From Shigella phage ESh19, in the sequence record ON528729: a DNA stretch of 64,000 nucleotides. One strand, 5' to 3'. The translations under genes were made by a program, and so were the position numbers. The notes under the pieces were generated by a model, which worked only from the letters and a program-made list of their open reading frames with translations, did not search any database and had not been told where the DNA came from. Every line of letters starts with the position of its first letter. Position 1 is the stretch's first letter. This document shows, one piece after another, positions 59,419-64,000 of the stretch.

Positions 59419-60522
59419 TTACTCAGCGTCTGAACGAACGTCAACAAGCAGTTGAGGACGTGTGCAGTATGGCAGCATGTAAGAGTGGGCTTCGAAGTCA
59501 ATACCTTCGTCACGGTCTTTCTCATATTCGAACACATACAGTTCCTGACCCAGAGTGTTTGCATAACCCATCTTAGGACATGGAGCGTAAGCAACTTCGA
59601 AGATGTTGTTAGCTTCACCCAACATTGCTACGTTAGGGAATGCGTGACCTACACCAACATTAGTGTCAGATACACCGTCAATGCTAACCAGCGTATGAGT
59701 CTTACCACGCTTGTCTTTGAACTTACCGTTGTACTGTACGAATACAACACCACCGTAGTAGAAGCGGTTCATGTGAGCCTGAACACCATCAGTACCACCA
59801 GTTCTTAGAGAACCAGTAATCTGTTGCCAAGCCAGCGGAGTCTGCTGTGCAAGGTATGCGTCACGAATCTTAGGATGCTTGATAAGCTTGCTGAAGAAAG
59901 TTCTGTCAACAACGATGTGAATTTCTTCACCGTTAATTACAGTACCTGTCTTAGCTTCATCTTCCATGTGCATACGCAGGTCTTCAATGTGCGCATCGAT
60001 ATCAGAGTTCGGGTTGTCCAAGTCGAAGTAGATAGTCTTCTTAGTTACATCAAACTGCTTGTACAGGTCTGCGTACAGAACACCGTTAGCGTCGATAACT
60101 TTACCCTTCAGAGCTTGCATAAACAAGAACTCACGAGTAATATCAAACTTGGTACGAATCTTCATCAGCTTCTTAGCACGTACAACTGCTTCAGTAGTCA
60201 GTTCATTTGCAGTGCCTGGCTGACGAACACCCTGAATCTCATCAGGAGTGATGCTTTCAACTTCCTTGAAGTACATCATCGGGAAGCTAATCTGACGAAC
60301 ACGCTCAGGAGCGCTAGTCTCAGCTTTACGGCTGGTACGGTCTACCGCATCCAGTAAGCTGATATCCCAATCAGTCAAGTCCATCAGGAAAGTAGTCTGT
60401 GTTTGTGGAGCAGAACGGAACAGTCCCAGACCAGAGATATATCCGTAAGTATTTGGAATAGACTGGACTTCACCAGTTAAGTCAGCAAGGAAAAATCTGC
60501 TTTTTTCAGAATTAGTCAACAT
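59419..60522 (-). CDS. major capsid protein (lambda gpE-like)
   Basis: 367 aa; C-terminal ...YMLPYCTRPQLLVDVRSD resembles lambda E tail (..LMLLADPDEFVSV); follows decoration and protease genes. Confidence 0.7.
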   Translation of the reverse strand: MLTNSEKSRFFLADLTGEVQSIPNTYGYISGLGLFRSAPQTQTTFLMDLTDWDISLLDAVDRTSRKAETSAPERVRQISFPMMYFKEVESITPDEIQGVRQPGTANELTTEAVVRAKKLMKIRTKFDITREFLFMQALKGKVIDANGVLYADLYKQFDVTKKTIYFDLDNPNSDIDAHIEDLRMHMEDEAKTGTVINGEEIHIVVDRTFFSKLIKHPKIRDAYLAQQTPLAWQQITGSLRTGGTDGVQAHMNRFYYGGVVFVQYNGKFKDKRGKTHTLVSIDGVSDTNVGVGHAFPNVAMLGEANNIFEVAYAPCPKMGYANTLGQELYVFEYEKDRDEGIDFEAHSYMLPYCTRPQLLVDVRSDAE

Positions 60523-60553
60523 TGTAAAATTCTCCAGAATGTCTTATTATTAA

Positions 60554-60931
60554 TTACAGGCCAGTTGGGACGAAATCAATACCTTTCGCCTTAAGAGCAG
60601 ACTTGACAGCAGCAGCATCAACACTATCTGCCAGAGTTAGCATGTCTTTCAGTTCAGCGTCACGGTAAATACCAACAACTTTTAACTGACCGTGGTAAGA
60701 CAGTTGTAGGTCTGCGTAGAAGTTAACGATACATACAGAATCTGCCTGAGCTTCTTCACCTGCTGCAACTTTAGTACCATCAGCTTTCAGAACTTCACCT
60801 ACACGATACTCAGTGCTGGCTACTGGAGCGTACTCTTTACGAGAGTGACCAGTTGGTGTAATCTGTTCCCAAAGGATGATATCGTTCAGAGGTTCTCTGT
60901 TACCTAATTTAGTAAAACCTTGATATGCCAT
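60554..60931 (-). CDS. head decoration protein (gpD-like by synteny)
   Basis: 125 aa between protease/scaffold and capsid genes. Confidence 0.45.
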   Translation of the reverse strand: MAYQGFTKLGNREPLNDIILWEQITPTGHSRKEYAPVASTEYRVGEVLKADGTKVAAGEEAQADSVCIVNFYADLQLSYHGQLKVVGIYRDAELKDMLTLADSVDAAAVKSALKAKGIDFVPTGL

Positions 60932-60943
60932 TATTTGTGTTCC

Positions 60944-62290
60944 TTATTTGATAAGAGTTTTCAAAGCATTCTGGAGAGCCAGTTTGCGTTGGTCAGCGTT
61001 AGCATTAGCATTTGCTTCTGGAGCGGTGTCTTTACCGTCATCCACTTCTGCTTCGCCGTCATTGCCAAGTTCTTCCATAGCGTTTGAGTGTTCCAGAACA
61101 GCACCAGCAGTTTCTTTCAGCTTAGTGATTTCAGAATCCTTCTCAGACATGGCAGAAGCGTGGGACGCGATAGTTTCATTAAGTTTCTGGTTAGCACCTT
61201 CCATAGCATTCATAAACAGAACACTCAGAGGGTTGTCAAGACCAGCACCTAAAATAGCTGTTGCAGCTTCTTTTGCATCAAACCCAAAAGTTTCAGCAGA
61301 TGCAGAAATCTTACCAGTTAAATCTGTAAGAACTGCTTCCTGTTCCTTAGCTTTCATTTGAGCAACCTGAAGACGCAGAGCTTCTAGTTCTTGCTTTTCT
61401 TGTTCAGTCATTTCTTCACCTGAATTGTTTGTGTTTAAACTTACAGGAGCTTCTTCAGAACCTTGTAAGTAATTTAAGAAATCATCTTGAGACATGATAG
61501 AGTTAATTAAACCAAGTTCAAGAGCTTCCTGAGCAGAATAAACATTCGCCTCAGTATTCTTTACAGCTTCTTCAGAGATATTACGTGAGTCTGCAACAAA
61601 ACTAGTAAAAGTCTTGTAAGTGTCATCAATTCTCTTTTGAAGTCTATTCTTGCTTTCTTCTGATAATGCTTGGAATGGGGAACCCATACCTTTAAATTCA
61701 CCAGCTTTAATAACGTTAATAGTTACGCCATTCTTTTCAAATGCTTTAGTTAATTCTTGGTGAACCATAATCACACCAATTGAACCAACATCTGCATCTG
61801 GTGATGCAATAATTTCTTCAGCGGAAGATGCAAGAGCATATGCAGCAGAGCAAGCAAACTCATCTACATAAGCAATAATTTTCTTTTGGCCTCTTGAAGC
61901 CATGATGTGTCGTGCCAACTCAAAACAACCTGACGCTTCACCACCACCTGAATCAACGTGCAGCACGATAGTCTTAATAGACTCATCTGCTAGGGCTTCG
62001 TCAAAGCCTCTGCGTAAACCTTCATAAGAACTTAGTCCACCAGTACACATTGCATCCATGAAGGTCATACGATGTGTTAGGCCACCCATAATAGGGATAA
62101 TAGCAATATCATCTTTAACTTTTAAAAGACTTCTTGCCTCACCTTTTGGTTTATCAAAGTTTACTGCTGCTTGTACCTCACCTAACAAGCGGTTATTAAC
62201 ATAAGTCGCTGCTGAGTGGGCTAATGATTCTGTAGCTAGTAAAGGTTGGTTGAATAATCTGTCAGCAAGTCTGAAGATATTCGAACTCAT
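60944..62290 (-). CDS. prohead protease (S49/ClpP-like) fused to scaffold-like coiled-coil domain
   Basis: DSGGGEASG and DEFACSAAYALASSA blocks of S49 peptidases; C-terminal half Glu/Ala/Lys-rich coiled coil. Confidence 0.7.
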   Translation of the reverse strand: MSSNIFRLADRLFNQPLLATESLAHSAATYVNNRLLGEVQAAVNFDKPKGEARSLLKVKDDIAIIPIMGGLTHRMTFMDAMCTGGLSSYEGLRRGFDEALADESIKTIVLHVDSGGGEASGCFELARHIMASRGQKKIIAYVDEFACSAAYALASSAEEIIASPDADVGSIGVIMVHQELTKAFEKNGVTINVIKAGEFKGMGSPFQALSEESKNRLQKRIDDTYKTFTSFVADSRNISEEAVKNTEANVYSAQEALELGLINSIMSQDDFLNYLQGSEEAPVSLNTNNSGEEMTEQEKQELEALRLQVAQMKAKEQEAVLTDLTGKISASAETFGFDAKEAATAILGAGLDNPLSVLFMNAMEGANQKLNETIASHASAMSEKDSEITKLKETAGAVLEHSNAMEELGNDGEAEVDDGKDTAPEANANANADQRKLALQNALKTLIK

Positions 62291-62301
62291 TTTTACTCAC
62301 C

Positions 62302-62634
62302 CTATTTATTTAAGTCAATGGATACTGAAGAGATAACATAAATTCCTTCTTCAGCAAAGAACTGAGGGCTACTTAGAGCACCTGTTGCCACGCACTTAGA
62401 GTTGTCATCCCATAAACTAAAATGAGAAACTGTAGCAGAAGCTGGAACAGTAATATTAACTGTGTCTTCTGAGGCAATTAATCCATTATTAGGTTCTGAG
62501 AAGAAGATAGCCACTGGCTGAGTAACCTTGTTTGCTGTAGGGTCTGCCGTTGGGTCTACATTGTGTAATACAATAGTTGTCGGGGTTAGTGTGGCTAGGA
62601 TTTTATTCTTACCATCAATCGTTAATGTTCCCAT
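62302..62634 (-). CDS. hypothetical head protein (110 aa)
   Basis: ORF. Confidence 0.4.
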   Translation of the reverse strand: MGTLTIDGKNKILATLTPTTIVLHNVDPTADPTANKVTQPVAIFFSEPNNGLIASEDTVNITVPASATVSHFSLWDDNSKCVATGALSSPQFFAEEGIYVISSVSIDLNK

Positions 62635-63134
62635 TAATTAAACCTTACTTTTTGTTTAAGGATTGTTGAATGGTTACCAGATTCATCTACCACATTTACA
62701 ATCATATCATAAACTTTACCTTTGACAAGTACTTTGTAATCATTTTGTGAAAAAATGTACTCAAGTCTGTTAGACTCTTTGTTTACTGTCATTGGAGATT
62801 GAAATGCTGTATCAATGGTAATGAACGCAGCTTCAACACTATTAACGTTAACACGTTTATTCTCACAGTTATATAACTTTACACCCAAAAGGCATGAACT
62901 GTCAAATGGAATTTTAACAATTTCGTTACAATTGTTTGAAATAAACTGTTTTCCGCTCATTGGAGCATCAAGTAACCTGCAAATAGTGAAAACGTCAGAG
63001 GTTCCACCATCACTAACATACCCTGAAAGGCTGACCCTTGAGCCAGCCTCTACAGTTAATTCATCAGTGATAATTAAGACACCTCTATAAGAATGCACTC
63101 GCGTAGCATTGGAAATAGAGATAACTTCTGCCAT
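62634..63134 (-). CDS. hypothetical head protein (166 aa)
   Basis: ORF. Confidence 0.4.
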   Translation of the reverse strand: MAEVISISNATRVHSYRGVLIITDELTVEAGSRVSLSGYVSDGGTSDVFTICRLLDAPMSGKQFISNNCNEIVKIPFDSSCLLGVKLYNCENKRVNVNSVEAAFITIDTAFQSPMTVNKESNRLEYIFSQNDYKVLVKGKVYDMIVNVVDESGNHSTILKQKVRFN

Positions 63135-64000
63135 TATTTGTTTGCCTTATTAGCTGTGCTTGGGTCTTTAGCTGAAGGAGTTTTAGCAGTCCCTTCTCCA
63201 GCAGTTTGATAACCATCACCAGAACGACTTTGAGTGTTTGGGGATAGTTTCTCAGATACTGGTTTAGACTCATCAGCAGGTTCAAGGTCAAGATATTCTC
63301 TAAGCTTGTCAGACAATGGCTTATCAACTTCCAGAGCACCAACTGCAACTGTCTTCTGAATGAATGATGCAATAGCTTCAAGGTCTGGTGTCTCAATATC
63401 ATCATACACAATTTCTACGTGTTCTTCATCATCCCACATATTTAGTGCATAAGTCTGAGCAACCAAATCACGGTTAATTACATTCTTCACTTGCTTCAGA
63501 AGAATATCAACTGACATTGCCAGTAAGCTTGTCTTAGAATCTGCCAGAGAGAATGAACCATATTTTGACTGTCCCATAGCAAGAACATCAGACATAAACG
63601 CCATCATAATTTGCTTAGAGTATCTATCAATGATAGAACCTGTATCATAAGCTTTAGCACCCTGTCGAGAAACTAATGAGAACTCAAAGATATCTTCTTT
63701 AGTTTCTGGGTCGATAAATCTAGGCCAAATTAAACCTGCTCTGTCATTAGCAATTAAATCATTTACTACTTCTTGGCAGTATTTAACAAAAGCTTTCTTT
63801 TCAGGCTCTGCATCTTCACCTAAGTAATCAGGTGGAAGACCAATCTTTGGCATACCTACTAAGTCTCTGGAAACACCAACTGCTTCAAACTCTTCAATTT
63901 GAACTTTGTATTTCCAAGGAACATAAGCATTAAGTAATGGTGAACGTCCCTCTGGGTTACCGTATTCATCGTCATACTTGAACAATAAGAATTTACTTCT
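63134..64000 (-). CDS. portal protein, C-terminal part (gene runs off window end)
   Basis: frame open to window edge (track start is a TTG); position upstream of protease and capsid; Lys/Ala-rich C-terminus. Confidence 0.45.
   Translation of the reverse strand, partial: RSKFLLFKYDDEYGNPEGRSPLLNAYVPWKYKVQIEEFEAVGVSRDLVGMPKIGLPPDYLGEDAEPEKKAFVKYCQEVVNDLIANDRAGLIWPRFIDPETKEDIFEFSLVSRQGAKAYDTGSIIDRYSKQIMMAFMSDVLAMGQSKYGSFSLADSKTSLLAMSVDILLKQVKNVINRDLVAQTYALNMWDDEEHVEIVYDDIETPDLEAIASFIQKTVAVGALEVDKPLSDKLREYLDLEPADESKPVSEKLSPNTQSRSGDGYQTAGEGTAKTPSAKDPSTANKANK

Overview
This 64 kb window reads as a contiguous piece of a virulent, contractile-tailed dsDNA phage genome (T4/Felix-O1-like gene content, about 39% GC by eye); no host genes, tRNAs, CRISPR arrays or integrase were found. 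Almost all genes are on the minus strand except one plus-strand block (33132-42630). In coordinate order: (i) 1-2550, an operon of small genes of unknown function separated by a conserved ~85 bp intergenic cassette repeated 4-5 times; (ii) a degenerate tandem-repeat array with an adjacent G-quadruplex-type motif (2656-2934); (iii) a TARG1/DarG-like macrodomain protein; (iv) a lysis cluster with a signal-peptide lytic transglycosylase and overlapped i-/o-spanin pair; (v) rIIA/rIIB; (vi) an adjacent Nampt-family and Prs-family enzyme pair (NAD+ salvage/reconstitution candidate); (vii) a nucleotide-metabolism and replication module (nrdG, nrdD, glutaredoxin, nrdB, nrdA, 5'-3' exonuclease, SSB-like protein, primase-helicase, dNMP kinase, family A DNA polymerase, DNA ligase, DHFR, thymidylate synthase); (viii) 42668-64000, a structural module with two paralogous tail fibres, P2/Mu-like baseplate, tape measure with a predicted -1 frameshift chaperone pair, tube, sheath, and a lambda-like head block (gpE-like capsid, decoration protein, S49 protease/scaffold, partial portal). 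Calls rest on reading the supplied ORF translations and the DNA by eye and on motif recall; no database search was run. Several starts were re-assigned from the track's alternative-codon starts to ATG codons with a Shine-Dalgarno sequence. The most interesting candidates are the macrodomain protein and the Nampt/Prs pair as a possible anti-defence ADP-ribose/NAD+ module, the repeated early-operon cassette, and the repeat array.
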